Part shown: positions 21,805 to 34,013 of the stretch, piece after piece | How the letters are laid out: every line of letters starts with the position of its first letter | How positions within the stretch are numbered: the first letter of the stretch is position 1 | Assembly (NCBI GenBank): GCA_964252035.1 | Contig: OZ176207.1 | Strand: one strand, 5' to 3' | Source of the DNA: Podarcis erhardii | Taxonomy: Eukaryota | Length of the DNA stretch: 64,000 nucleotides | Notes under the pieces: model-generated | Database searches by the model: none | Seen by the model: only the letters and a program-made list of their open reading frames with translations | Told to the model about the DNA's origin: nothing | Program-made: the position numbers and the translations under genes

Positions 21805-22207
21805 AAAAAGGTTACATAATAGAGGTTAATAAAATTATGAATTGTGTGGAGAATGTGGACAGAGGAAAATTACTCTCTCTTGAAACTCTAGAACTCAAGA
21901 TCACTTCGTGAAATTCCCTGGCAGTTGAATCAGGCCAGACAAAATGAAGCATTTCATATATTGCACAATTAACTTATGGAATTCATGGCTAAAAGATGCT
22001 GTGATACATGCTGACAGAGGCAGCTTCCAAAGGGGATTTGACAAAGTTCATGGAGGAGAAGTCTATCAGTGGCTATAAACCATTCCACCTAAATGCAGCT
22101 CCCAAGTATACCTCTAAACACCATGGGAAATATTAGAGGAGGCTGGCTATGGTAGGGAACTGGATGCTGGACCTGGAGCTGATTTGGCAGGGCTTTTCTT
22201 ATGTTTC
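21805..22207 (+). mobile_element. Decayed CR1 LINE 3' fragment
   Basis: CR1-like blocks aaaattatgaattgtgtggagaatgtggacagagg, aacttatggaattc, gacaaagttcatggagga; ends ttcttatgtt. Confidence 0.75.
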
Positions 22208-22497
22208 CGGCATGGCCTCTTTGCTATTTTGAATTTTTAAGAATCAAGTAAGCTTATTTTCCTCCTTCAGGAAGGCTTATCTTTGAAGGTAAAATATTTT
22301 TATTTTGAAGATGAAATATCTTTAATATCTTCTTTCATGTTTGATGTTACGTGAACATGTTATAACTATCTCCCAAAGGGAGCTAAAGGCACATTTGCTT
22401 ATTCTTTTAGGCTACTGTGATTCCAATATATTACTGTAACATTGAACATTGAAGAAAAAATTAAATATATCGATTCCTAACAATGAGTGGTAACATT

Positions 22498-22590
22498 ACA
22501 GTACAATTCTATGCACATCTATTCAGAAGTAAGTCCCATTAAGTTCAATGGGACTTACTTCTAGGTAAATGTAACCTTAGTTACAACCCC
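22498..22590. repeat. ~90-bp hairpin (dyad-symmetric) interspersed repeat, best-preserved copy
   Basis: Perfect 16-bp inverted repeat agaagtaagtcccatt (22525-22540) / aatgggacttacttct (22547-22562); related copies near 5050, 20880, 22780, 22860, 22970, 29060, 36995 and 56935. Confidence 0.8.
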
Positions 22591-23194
22591 AGGATTTTAA
22601 CCCTAGTTTATTAGATTTTAAGATTCCTCACACTATCTTTACGGTAACGAAAGAGTACCTATAATTATGCTTCGGTGATACATAAATTAATAGATGAATT
22701 GTCAATAAATGGATTAAATTTAAATTAAACTGGTTGACAGTCCTCTTTTTATTATAATTTATTAATGGTTATTGACTGCTCAGAAGTCAGTCCTACTGAG
22801 CTCAGTGATGCTTATGCCATGGTAAATGAGTATAGGATTACAGCCTAAGACTCCGTTTTTATGCTCTGTTCCATGGGGGAAAGCCCCACTGAGCACTGTA
22901 GGACTGACTTCCTGCTAAACAGAATTGTGTTGCATAGCTTTAAGTTGAATTAGCAGTGCAAAGTCATGAATGTTTAGTCAGAGGCAAGTCCCACTCTAAT
23001 GTGACCGAATCCCTGGTGTGTTTAGAACTGCAGCCTAAACTGCTGATTAAATGAAGTAAAGCATGCTGGTTTTAATGTCAATAACAATTCTTTAACCAGG
23101 ACTACTCCAATTAATAATTAATACAGTTAAGAGGCATATGGGCATGTATTTGTATGAGATTTTCCTTCATATGAAACTTTTTGATGTATTTAAA

Positions 23195-23700
23195 TGCTTC
23201 AGCTTTGTTGATAACGCAAGATTTCTCTTTGAATCTGGGATGAGGCAAAGTTCTGCAAATTTTATCTTCTACATTTCAACACACTGTTTTCTAAATGCAA
23301 GGTAAGAGACCCCTGGGAATTCTGTGTATGGTTTAGATGTCTTGCTAGAGACTCTCTCTCTCTCCCCCCACACCCCCATGATAATGGATTCATCCTTCAG
23401 TAAAAACCATCTGCTTAAATGGTGCATGTATAAAAACTGAAACTGAACAAAAAATGTGAAAGAAACAACACTTGAGGAAGAGTGAAGATAAGTGTTTCAT
23501 TCAGGTCAACTTATTAGAAGCAAAATTTTCAGTCACATAGTGTTTAATTAAGCACCAGAATATATGATAAGTTTAAGTTTAAAAATTCAATAGATTGTGT
23601 TCAAGAAAATAAGCATGGCAAGGCAGAGTAGATGAAGGGCCCACAATGACACTGTTGGAGATGCAACCCATGTCTGTGTCCTTATACGTACAGATACACT
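23195..23700. repeat. Unclassified ~500-bp interspersed repeat, copy 2
   Basis: Same-orientation paralog of 5480-5990; carries a single aacacttga, i.e. the empty site. Confidence 0.8.
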
Positions 23701-23715
23701 GTGACCACAGTGGCC

Positions 23716-24089
23716 TGGTTCACACACACACACTGCTAAGCAAAATCATGGCACAGCACACACAAGCAAACATGGGGTTTCTGGGGAGAAGACAGTGGCC
23801 ATGTTGATCCTCCTCTGGTTCTACTGCTGCTGCGCTGCTATAAGATAAGCCAAGGTTTGGCCTAGCAGTACATCCAGAGTTAGGCTTGTGACAAATCAAG
23901 AGTAGTAAGCCATAGAACAAACCTTGGGGAGATCAAGCCTAAGTTTGAATGTAACACTAAACCAAATCAAGGCTTAGCTCACAGCAGTGCAGCAGAACTG
24001 GAGGAGGAGTGATGTGGTTGTGATCTTCTTTCTAGGAACCCACATATTTGCTTGTTCCCAATAAGCCATGGTTTGAATTGTGCGAACTG
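23716..24089. mobile_element. Diverged fold-back element (long inverted arms), MITE-like
   Basis: Left arm acaagcaaacatggggtttctggggagaaga...tcctcctctggttct...taagccaaggtttgg pairs with the reverse complement of the right arm; termini ggttcacac / gtgcgaact. Confidence 0.7.
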
Positions 24090-24426
24090 CGATAAGGGAA
24101 GGGTGGAGGAGGTGCAAGATTGTCCCCAAGAAAAGTATTCTACTTTTTCCCATTAAGAGTAGATAGCAGCTAGTCACAAATAAGGAAGAATGGCTGAACC
24201 TGCACCACAGTTACCAGAGAGTCTGGTGCTGAAGGCAGGATCCTTCCTTCCAAATCATCCATGCATGCCTAATCGTGCCTATTGAATTGTGGGAGAAAGT
24301 AAAGGTTTCCAATAGGAAATGTGTCTGAACGGGGGTGGGTGGTGGGTGGAAGCTGATTGTTGTTGCAAAACTGCTTCCAAATATGCTGTGAAAGGCCAGG
24401 GGTATCCCAAATCCTTCTCGTAGTGA

Positions 24427-24470
24427 AAAAGTCATTAGATAGGATGGGAAAAGTCATTAGATAGGATGGA
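24427..24470. repeat. 22-bp tandem duplication
   Basis: aaaagtcattagataggatgg(g/a) x2. Confidence 0.9.
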
Positions 24471-27403
24471 TAACCAGAACAATCCTATACATCCTCTCCT
24501 CTAGGCAAGTCAAGAGGTGACAATTCCATCACTTGTTTGCTGTCATGACAACAGAACATAGGAACATACACTTGGACACTGTGGTTGCAAGTTTGTGGGA
24601 GAAAGTAATTCTATGTATTATTTTGATATATACTTGTATGATATTAAGTGGGAAAGGGCAAGGCAACACCACTAGCTATTTCTCAGTTGATAGATTTTCT
24701 GAGACTACTAGAGTGTGCTAATTCACCCGAAGTCAACTCAGATGGCTCAAACAAATTAGTCATATCACACTTGCCTGGGAAAGGAAACAAAGACACCCAC
24801 ACTCCAATAAACACAAGCCACTCTGATTTGAAGGAAAATTACTCCCCGTCCCCACATGCCAAAAATAAATGCAAGTTAAAAGTACATTTCATTTTTGAAA
24901 TTTGCATGAGAAAAAATGTTTATGGAACCAACACGCCTCAATCTTGGCTATTCAAATATCTTGATTGATTGAAATCATTTATGTCTCTCATGTCAGTGCA
25001 GCCCTCTGGGGACATTACTCCTATTTAACTGCGAGTATCCTTGGAGTTGTCAACTTTTCAACTGGCTGCTGTAAATACGTCTCTTAGCAGAAGGTTGATG
25101 CACCAAGACTAGCAAGTGATATTATTTCCATGCCATGAAAGTTTCAGAAATTCTGTGCATTAAACATACAACAGCAGGCTAGGGCAGCTAGCAATCCATT
25201 CAATATCACTGATGCCTCCCAGACCATTTGGATGAGGCTGTACAGTATGTAGAGTTCAGAACTAATGTTATGTTAGCATCTGTGAAGATACGCTGTTTTG
25301 CTTTATTTGAGGATTTTGTTTTTGTTTTTTAGTGTTAGTATTTCATTAGGATGATAATGGCTTTTGGAAATGGACCACATGCACTTTGGCAGTATCAGTC
25401 ATTGCTGCTACATGTGATCATTTGCTACCACACTGAATAGCAATCAGACCTGTATTGGATAAAGCCGTGGCTTGCATTCAAATGGCAATGGAAGATTCCC
25501 AATTGTCTCTACTCTGCATGCTCCATTACTTGTTATGAAAAGTTGCCCTAAACCTTTATCTAAGTTTGTCTCTTTGCAATTTCAAATAAATTGCTTCTGG
25601 TCCTAGTATCAGTGGACATAGTGAACAGTGGTTTTGCTTCCTTAGACTGCAAGCGGCAGACCATTATTAGTTAGAGCTGGGAACTTTGTGGCCTGCTGTA
25701 CAAAAACTTTATGGCCAGAATGCACTTACCAATTAAATGCATAACCACAGACATTAGCAGAGGGACAGTATCAGGACTGATGCCAGTCTATAAAAATTAT
25801 ACAATGCTCAGGAATAACATATTGCCTGAGCTCTTAAATATTCAGAACTATGCACTTCTCCACTCCTTACCACAAAGCATTATGTAATACATGGTTAAGT
25901 CTGTTAGCTAATTTTGCCTGTTAATATAATGGGAATGACTGGTGCTCTTTTCAATCAAGTACGTTAATACTGAAATCTTTGAATGTCAATAATCATATGT
26001 TTTGCACTACACATTTCATTGTTTCTTTACCCATCCAAACCTTCAAAAGCATTCAATTTAAGGGTTTATCATGGCACACAGTTTCTTCTGCGCACTGAGC
26101 ATGTGGACTCAAACTACATCAGCTCCATCTAGCAAGTGTATACAAAAAGGAATGGGCCTCAATTTGACTGATAAAAAAAATATTGACAAGTAAATGGCTA
26201 TAGCTAGCAAGAAGCATAGACAGAGAAGGGTGGCTTATTATACCAGAACACTCTGTTCAGAAAATAGCCATCAGTTATCTAACCATGCAAAAGGATATAT
26301 TCACATGTCACAACACAGGGAGCTTTTCAGTCTTACATGGAAAAAGGCGTCCTTTTAAATACTGCTGTGTTTTACAGAATCCAAAACCAAGTTTCAGTCA
26401 TGATCCCATACCTTAAATACTTCATGAGTGTGATGCCCAGCCTTCATTATTCTGTAGACACTATAGGGTGGACCACCGCATGCTTTCAACCAACCTTTTA
26501 TCAACTGCTTTTGAGATCAGTCTAACGTACAGCTCTACAGCGGCAGGCAAATAAAAAGTCCTCTTATTCAACCATTGTATTTCTTCACTTGGAAAAATAC
26601 TTCAAAGAATACTTGAATCTGTGCATTCTGTCCTACACACTCTAGCATGGACTAACTGATAGGGTGCTGGACCTGAGGGATTTGAGATGAAATTTCTGCT
26701 TAGCCATGAACCCCTTGGATGCTTGGATAAGTAACTGTCTTTATCTGAAACGACTGTTTTAGGTATAAACAGCATAAAGCCAGGAAAGCAATATGCACAT
26801 TAAAAGCACAAAAGAAACAATTATTAGTAACAACCACTGCCAACAGTACAATCTGAAAAAACACCTAATTATGCTGATTACTGTATTTGGATTTAATGCT
26901 GCCTTTTCATCAAGGCATTCAGATGTCACTTCCATATAAGAAAGTTGTAGATCAATATGTAATGATGAACATACACTTTATGTGAACTGAAGAGTGGTGG
27001 TCATGTGTGTCTTTTCAGTGAAATCATTTGCCTTTGACAACTGGATGTAAGAATTTTCATACAGATTTCACACAAAAAGAAACTTCAGAATATTCCTTAC
27101 ATATGCAGCAGTTCTGTGGTGGCTCATGTAGATTGTCACCCAGTTGATCAGTTAGTAGGATAAATGGGTCAGAGTATGTATAATATTGATAAGCACACTA
27201 ATGATTGCCTTTTAGAGACTAACACAAATCAATGTGCATGGTAGTGATTCTACTGTTTGTAATATTTAACACTGCTGAAATCCAATAGAATGAGGACCAG
27301 GCCAGTCAGTTTAGTTTCTGCGCAGTCCTTTGAGGAGTTGCATTCTGTAATGGCCTGGATTCGTCTCTAAAGTTCCCCACCAAGGTGCCCAGCCTGCACT
27401 AAC

Positions 27404-27496
27404 CGTGAGGGGTTGTTCTGGAGCATGTTGACATACAACCCAATGAGAACATGTTCATCAGCCAGCCTGTCTGCAACATCGAGGCTATACTGTAAC
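27404..27496 (-). CDS. DTNA: DTNA alternative 93-nt exon (~exon 13, syntrophin-binding site); phase 2 to 2
   Basis: LQYSLDVADRLADEHVLIGLYVNMLQNNPS(R); acceptor cctgtttcag|G, donor CG|gttagt. Confidence 0.96.
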
Positions 27497-28728
27497 CTGA
27501 AACAGGGTTGGGGGGAAAAGGGTATAGTCCGGACAGACAAAGAGAAATAAACAGAGAAAGCAGGAGCAAGTAAGAGTGTGAAATGGGAATTTGTAAATGA
27601 GCAGTCAAATGTATTTTCTCTCTCTTCATAAAACAAGTGTTGAAATGGTTATCAATTCCATCCCATCAAGGTAGAACTTAGAGATATTAAGAAAGTGGGC
27701 CTGCAAGACAAGAATATCAGCACCTACAAAAACTAAAGCAGCAGAGATGCTCAAGGACCATGCAGGATCTGGCCTTGGATTAGTGCTACAATGAAGCATA
27801 ACTCAGAATATAAGAAATTGCCAACCTTCAGCTCAAATACTAAGCACACTTATTTTAAAGGGGAATTCAGCTGACATCAGTCAGGCGAGCCAATCTACAC
27901 ATGCAAAAAGAAACAAACCAACAACCACGTGACACAGTTCTTAGAACGAACCATTTCAAATGATATGTAGAAGACTTCATGTCAGAATGCTTGCCCATGC
28001 AAAATGTTTTTTTGGACCTAGCAAACTAGTGGTTAGGCTAGAACACTCTCACACAATGTGCAAGGTTTTTGTGGCTGGGTATGTTTTGATGCAAGGGGGT
28101 CAAACAAACGTGATTTCCGCCAGAGGCATAGCTTGGGGGGTGGGGGCCCACTGGGCAGCACACTGTGGGGGCGGCACTTACAGCGCAAGCCACATGTCTC
28201 TCCTGGGAGTGATGTGGTGGCTCAGGTGCCTGCAGGCTCTAAGCTGCCTGAAACAGCAACCTGAGGCTTGCATCTGCCCTACAGCTGAGGGGGAGGCGGC
28301 CTCCATGAAAGCTCCGCTCGCCCTGCCCTGTGGGCAGCTCATACCACCCCAGGTGCCCAAGCAGCTACAACACCCGATTTCCCCAATACAGAATGAAATG
28401 CTACAGTCCTACGAACTGTGCACTCCATTATCGGTCGATCTGTATAGATTGGCTCTTAGGACTGAAGTGCAAAATTTAACTAAGCATACACAAATCTACA
28501 TCAAAATGTAGAATTACCTGTATTTTAAGATGTCATAGCAAGACCTCGTGTGCTACTATATTTCATATGCCTCTGTTTATTTGTGCTTAATCCAGCTGGC
28601 AGATAAATTATGAGGAAATTAAAATTCTGCCATTGATATGTTTTGTGGAATGCACAGTATAATCAGAGGAGAAGGAATTTGCTTTAGTTGTGTTAGTGCA
28701 AGCTACTTATGCACTTTTTAAAACTTAC

Positions 28729-28806
28729 CCTTTGCCTTTCAAAAAAGCTGGAGCAGCCCTAGCCAGCAATTTGTTCTGCTCTACTTCATTATTCTTGTAA
28801 GGAGAG
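28729..28806 (-). CDS. DTNA: DTNA alternative 78-nt exon (~exon 12, variable region); phase 2 to 2
   Basis: Not in ORF track; SPYKNNEVEQNKLLARAAPAFLKGK(G); acceptor ctcattaactag|C, donor GG|gtaagt. Confidence 0.95.
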
Positions 28807-31049
28807 CTAGTTAATGAGACAGGACAACTAAGACAGTAAACCATGAAGGCTGAAATCCACTGAACTCTACAACATAGGTAAGTGATTTAAATAACAGATA
28901 ATGCTAAAATTGCTCTAAAAATCTAAAACGGATTATCAGATTTGTACAAAACAGAATGGTGATTTTCTACAAGTCTACTTCTTTGATTTATAAACATTTT
29001 AGAGGAAGCTGATACATCATAAGCTTCTGCCAAAATGGTTTCTAAAACCGTATTTAAATTGCAATCCTACACATATCCACTTGAAAATAAAATCCACCAA
29101 GCTCATTGGAGTTTAGGAAGGTACATTTAGGTTTGCAGCCTTAACTTGTTAAGCTGCAAGCCACGTACTGTGTGGAGTGAGACTTTATGCTGCCAACTCT
29201 TTAGAAAGCATTTTCTAGGGTAGCATTTCAGCTAGGCGGGGTGGGGATGAAGTTAAGACACAGTTCTTCTCTTTGCCATTATAGAAGGATATTCTCCCCG
29301 TTATGGATGATCTCCAAGAAAATGTTCACATTGAACAAACATTTTTAAAATGACCTCTGATTTAAACATAGGAAAGTATTACGATCTTATATAGTGCTCT
29401 ACCATGCTTATTCGTTACTATATTCTTTTACGTTTGCATTTTTATGTTTAAATATATACAGAACCACAACAACATTTCTTGATGCAATTCTGAAACATGG
29501 CATAAATACTTTCTTTTCAGCTCCAGGTTTTCCATTCCGATTTCTCTATTCCATAGCAATCTTTTCATGCCAGCTATTATAAATAAGATGCATATTATAG
29601 CCAAAGGGCTGTGTGCCATGTAGAGGAATGGATTTCTCCATTTACAACATCGTATAAGAGGCGATTAAAGTAGTTGTGGTATAATGGAGGAGAACCCTTT
29701 ACTTACTAAAGTATGGGGACTGAAGTCTGTTTGGGTTCCATTGAAATGGATGGCTTAGAAGAGAATATTTTAGCACACTAATTTGGAAGCAGTTTACCAT
29801 GAAATCAGTGATATTTGCTTCACATAGTGGGAATTATATGAAAAACTGTGACGTTCCATTGTTCAACTGGAACTCTATGAGTGCAAGGGAATATGCTATT
29901 CTTTTTAATACTGGGAATGTTCTATGTAAAGGAGAATTGTTCCACACACACAATGTAAGTCTTCAAATTTCAGTAGACGAGTAGCACTTCATATGCACAT
30001 TGGGGGGGGGCATATCTGTATCTAGGCCACAGGATCCTGGTGAACACGCCAGGTTACAAATGATACAGTGTTTGTTCCTGGTTATGTTCACCACTCAGTA
30101 CCACTTCAGAAAAGTTATCTATCTGTGGACTTTCTTTCATGCTTCTAGAATCTGAAACAGATTCCAGTCTCCAGTTCTACTTATCTTGTGGGTGACACAG
30201 GCTTTTGCAGCATGAGTGGCCTTACCATGCATGCACAAATCTCTGTGTCAATGTGGTGCATTCATACCATTGTAGAATGCAGGTGGGGGAATCCCCCAAG
30301 CAAGCAAAAAAACTCTCCAACATGGTGATTCTCTACAGCTGTGTACAAATAGGCTATCTATTTCACACTCTCTGTAATGCACTGGAACTAGTATATTTTT
30401 CTGGTGCATTGTATGGTGGGGGCAAGGGCAAGGGGAGCAGGTAGACAGCAACCACCAGACACAAAAAAGTGCCGAGAATATTTAGGTAAAATTCTCCTGA
30501 GCTGTTATGCTTTTTCTAGTTAGGTGAGAAAAAGAAATGTCCCAGAAATCATTTCAGAAAAATATGTTCTGAGAGATTTCATCTCAGCTCTCAGCTATAT
30601 CATGTAACTTGTATGTTGACATTCGTTTTTCATCAACTAACTGAATAAAAGTGCAAAGAGAGGCAGTATTTAAGTAACATAGCAAATCAAAATGATGCCA
30701 TATTCCTATGAAGGTGAGAAAAATCACCACCTGTTCTAGACTTCTCAGACTGCCAGTGATCTTGCTTCCTTACAAATATTTGTGCTAGCACTGTATCAGT
30801 GAAATCTTTTCTCAGTCACAAACATGCCCTGAAAAAGGGTGTGTTTTTTTAAAACATACTTTGATATTAATAGAAGGCAGTAGCTAAGCTATGAAAGAGA
30901 AATCTTGTTTCAACCTAGTTAAACAAGGCATAATTCCAACATTAACACAATAAGGGTCATACTAAGGCTCCCTATCCCAGGCCCAGAAGACGCTATTATC
31001 ACTCTCTCTTTTAATAATAAGGCTTGGGAGCTAGCCTAGCATTGCATTA

Positions 31050-31290
31050 GCTGATATGGACTATACAAATGCTACCTCAAAAATGATATTGTACAGGTGG
31101 AAAAGGTACAGAAAAGGGCAAATGATCACAGGACTGGAAAGAGGAAACTTTACAACACCTGAAATTTTTTAGTCTGGAAACAGAGTGGGCATTGTAGAGG
31201 AGTATATAAGTATTCAAAGTATGGATAGCAAGATTTATTTCCCCCTCTCTCATTGTTCTAGAACCCATGCAAACCAGTAAAGGTGAATTG
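31050..31290 (+). mobile_element. Decayed CR1 ORF2 fragment
   Basis: aaaatgatattgtacaggtggaaaaggtacagaaaagggca reads (K)NDIVQVEKVQKRA, resembling the CR1 KKDI..LE.VQRRA motif. Confidence 0.75.
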
Positions 31291-32337
31291 GAATGTCAGT
31301 ACAGACAAATACAGTTCAGATATGGAATTCAGTCCCACAAAATGGTAGTAATGACCAGAGGATAAGACTAGCCACGATAAAAGTCTCCTCAGTTATGTGA
31401 CATAGGCAACTCCTGCTCAGGAAAAAACCACATGTTTAAAGACTCATTGGGCTCATGGGGTTAGTTTCACAATTAGATCATGTCCATAATATATTAATGG
31501 AAGTGAAGGATGATATTCCATTATTTTGAAGACTGACAATTTATTGTGTGCGCACACATTCACTTCTTCCTATCTTAACTTACATTTTATATCAGTTTGA
31601 CGTAACAGTTTGGTTTTAGTTGTTCAGTTATAAAAATGGCATGAGTATGCTTTTAGCTATCTAACAGAAAGAGTGTGACATCTACCATTTTCTGAAATGA
31701 GTCTAACACTCACAGTTAACTGGATCATTTATGGTCCTTGTCCAAGCTTGTTGTTTCTAAACATTTTGACCAGTAACCTCTTAGTTGCTTTTACCAGGAG
31801 AGAAAATATCATGCTTTAAAAATAATAATAATCCTGTCCCAGAAAAAGCACCCAGGGGTTTAACAAAGTAACTTTGAGTCTAACACCCAGTGTTCAAAAT
31901 AGGGGTGTTTGTACATGGCATGCAGAAACCATCATTAAAATTTCACATGTCTGCATAGATGCTACAAAGCTACTTTCTAAACATTTGCATCATTATATAA
32001 TTTCTCCACTTCTAACCTAAGAGCACAGAATTGGCACTAAAATTTCCATTCACAATTGTGCCCGTTCACATATAAACAAAACAGTGCATCAAACATTTAA
32101 AATTCACATTTATATTCGTATTCTGAGCCCTTAGCCCAATTTAAAGTGAGTTTACAGCTCAATATCTATGTCACAGTAATTCACAAGTGATAAAATTTGC
32201 TCTTGACATCACTTGTAAAAATTCCCTCTGTGGACTTACTGGCTTTGATTAAGTATGTGAAAAATCAAGATAGGCATGGTTCATGCATGCAGTTTTTTAT
32301 GCTTGTTCCTAGACCTCCAAAATTGCATATACGTGAC

Positions 32338-32457
32338 TAAGAACATAAACTTAGCCCTATTGGAGGAAACCAACAGGTCCATCTAGTCGACATGTTTTAA
32401 CCAATCAGGCCAATCAGGTGCTTCTGGGAAGCCCACAAGTAGGGGATGAAGAACAGG
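32338..32457 (-). mobile_element. CR1 3'-end fragment
   Basis: Reverse-oriented taagaacataa...aggtccatctagtc...gcttctgggaagcccacaag. Confidence 0.65.
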
Positions 32458-33702
32458 TAGTTTCACCATACAAATAGGGGCAACACCAGAATATTTATGT
32501 GGAAGTTATTTGAGCACCATGTTATTTGAGCATCACTGATGAATGTATGAATCAGTGCTATACACTAGAATTCCATGGGAAAAATATTTATGGGAAGTAA
32601 AGTGAAAGAGCAACATAGACTATTAGATTTCATTACACTGGATAGTAAATTATTGTCAAAGAGTACAGCTCCTCTAAAATATAATGTCCACAGTGAACAA
32701 AGAGCAAGAGATATGTGGTGTACAGTGAACTCAAGTGATATTAAATGCATTGATTTTATACAGGCATTTCACACTTACTGCGAGACTTTCTTCACTACTA
32801 TAACATAAAAGATGCTGATGCTACTATTTTACTATATTGTTTTGTTACCTTCTTAGTAAGTCAGGGTCACAGAATATATGTAATAACATTCAAGAAACAC
32901 CCAGGACTGCTGAGATAAAAAGCAGGTTTTATAGATTTCCAAGTTTTATGTTAAAATAAGACTTCTGCACAACTAACCATCTACTTAAATGTTTACAGTA
33001 TATTTCAATGTCTCTTCACAAATGGCAGCGTCAGTGGCAAGCTGCAGTGTGTGTGTGTGAGATATATTTCAGCAGGGAAACAGCACCAGATGAAAAGGTT
33101 AAATCCTATCCCCATGCTGTCAGTCTGGATCAGAGCCACTGCAGTTGCTTTTGTAAAGAAAAATGTATGGGGAATCCCAAGCAAAGAACTCGAACACACC
33201 ATTAAAACGACTTCTATTTTAACCCTCTGTAGTCCTTAGTGGGTCCACTTGGCTATTAGGGACACTGAGAGGCATCACTCACAGCTGTGCTGATTGTACA
33301 TAATTTAACATTGCCCACTCTGTAACTGGTTTGCCAAGCCAACCTCAACTATATGTGGGAATTGGTGTGCCTTTGTGAGGATTATGTAGCTTCTTTTTGA
33401 GCTGCGTTTTGGAGGAAAGGCACTAAAATTAAACTAGACAGGTCAGCAGACCTAAGGGTTAAACTGTGGCAAGTGCATGTTATTCATTTAAATACTTGCC
33501 CTGTGCAAAATGCAAGATAAAAGGAGGTTCAAGCTCAGCATGAGATCCATTTGAAGTCTCATTAAAACCACAGTATTCCTTTGTCTAAAAAACAACCCCC
33601 GTTAGTACTTCTGAAGAATGACTAATATATTAATGTACTGATTTTAATGTACTAGCTACAGAACTACATCAGTTAGTAGTTTAGTGCTCTTCTTGTACTG
33701 AC

Positions 33703-33792
33703 CGTAAATTGTTGTGAAGCTGATTTACATACAGCTTTATAAGAGAGTGCTCATCAGCCACAGGACTGGCTACATTTATACCCTCATGTAAC
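33703..33792 (-). CDS. DTNA: DTNA alternative 90-nt exon (exon 11b-like; extra syntrophin-binding-site motif); phase 2 to 2
   Basis: Not in ORF track; LHEGINVASPVADEHSLIKLYVNQL HNNL(R) resembles the recalled human LPEGISASSPVAEEHSLIKLYVNQL exon; acceptor aatcattcag|G, donor CG|gtcagt. Confidence 0.93.
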
Positions 33793-33964
33793 CTGAATGA
33801 TTCAAACAATGAAATCTCATTAACAGTCTGTGCAAACAGAAATACATGGGGATACGTTTGGTGGGGAAAGCATTTAGTTTACAGCCAAAGTGGATAGGAT
33901 ACTGACATAAATGAATGAATGAACGAATGAAGGTTTCAAATTAATAAGGACTGGAAGCAAAACA

Positions 33965-33965
<1 letters not shown>

Positions 33966-34006
<41 letters not shown>
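33966..34006. repeat. (AC)n microsatellite
   Basis: About 20 AC units. Confidence 0.97.

Positions 34007-34013
<7 letters not shown>

Noticed and set aside
24324-24350. G-rich tract gggggtgggtggtgggtgg as a G-quadruplex
   Set aside because: Only three runs of three or more G; weak non-canonical candidate, on the non-transcript strand
27960-28511. 183-aa + strand ORF
   Set aside because: Runs through a GC-rich degraded MITE-like segment (~28120-28375); no recognisable protein features
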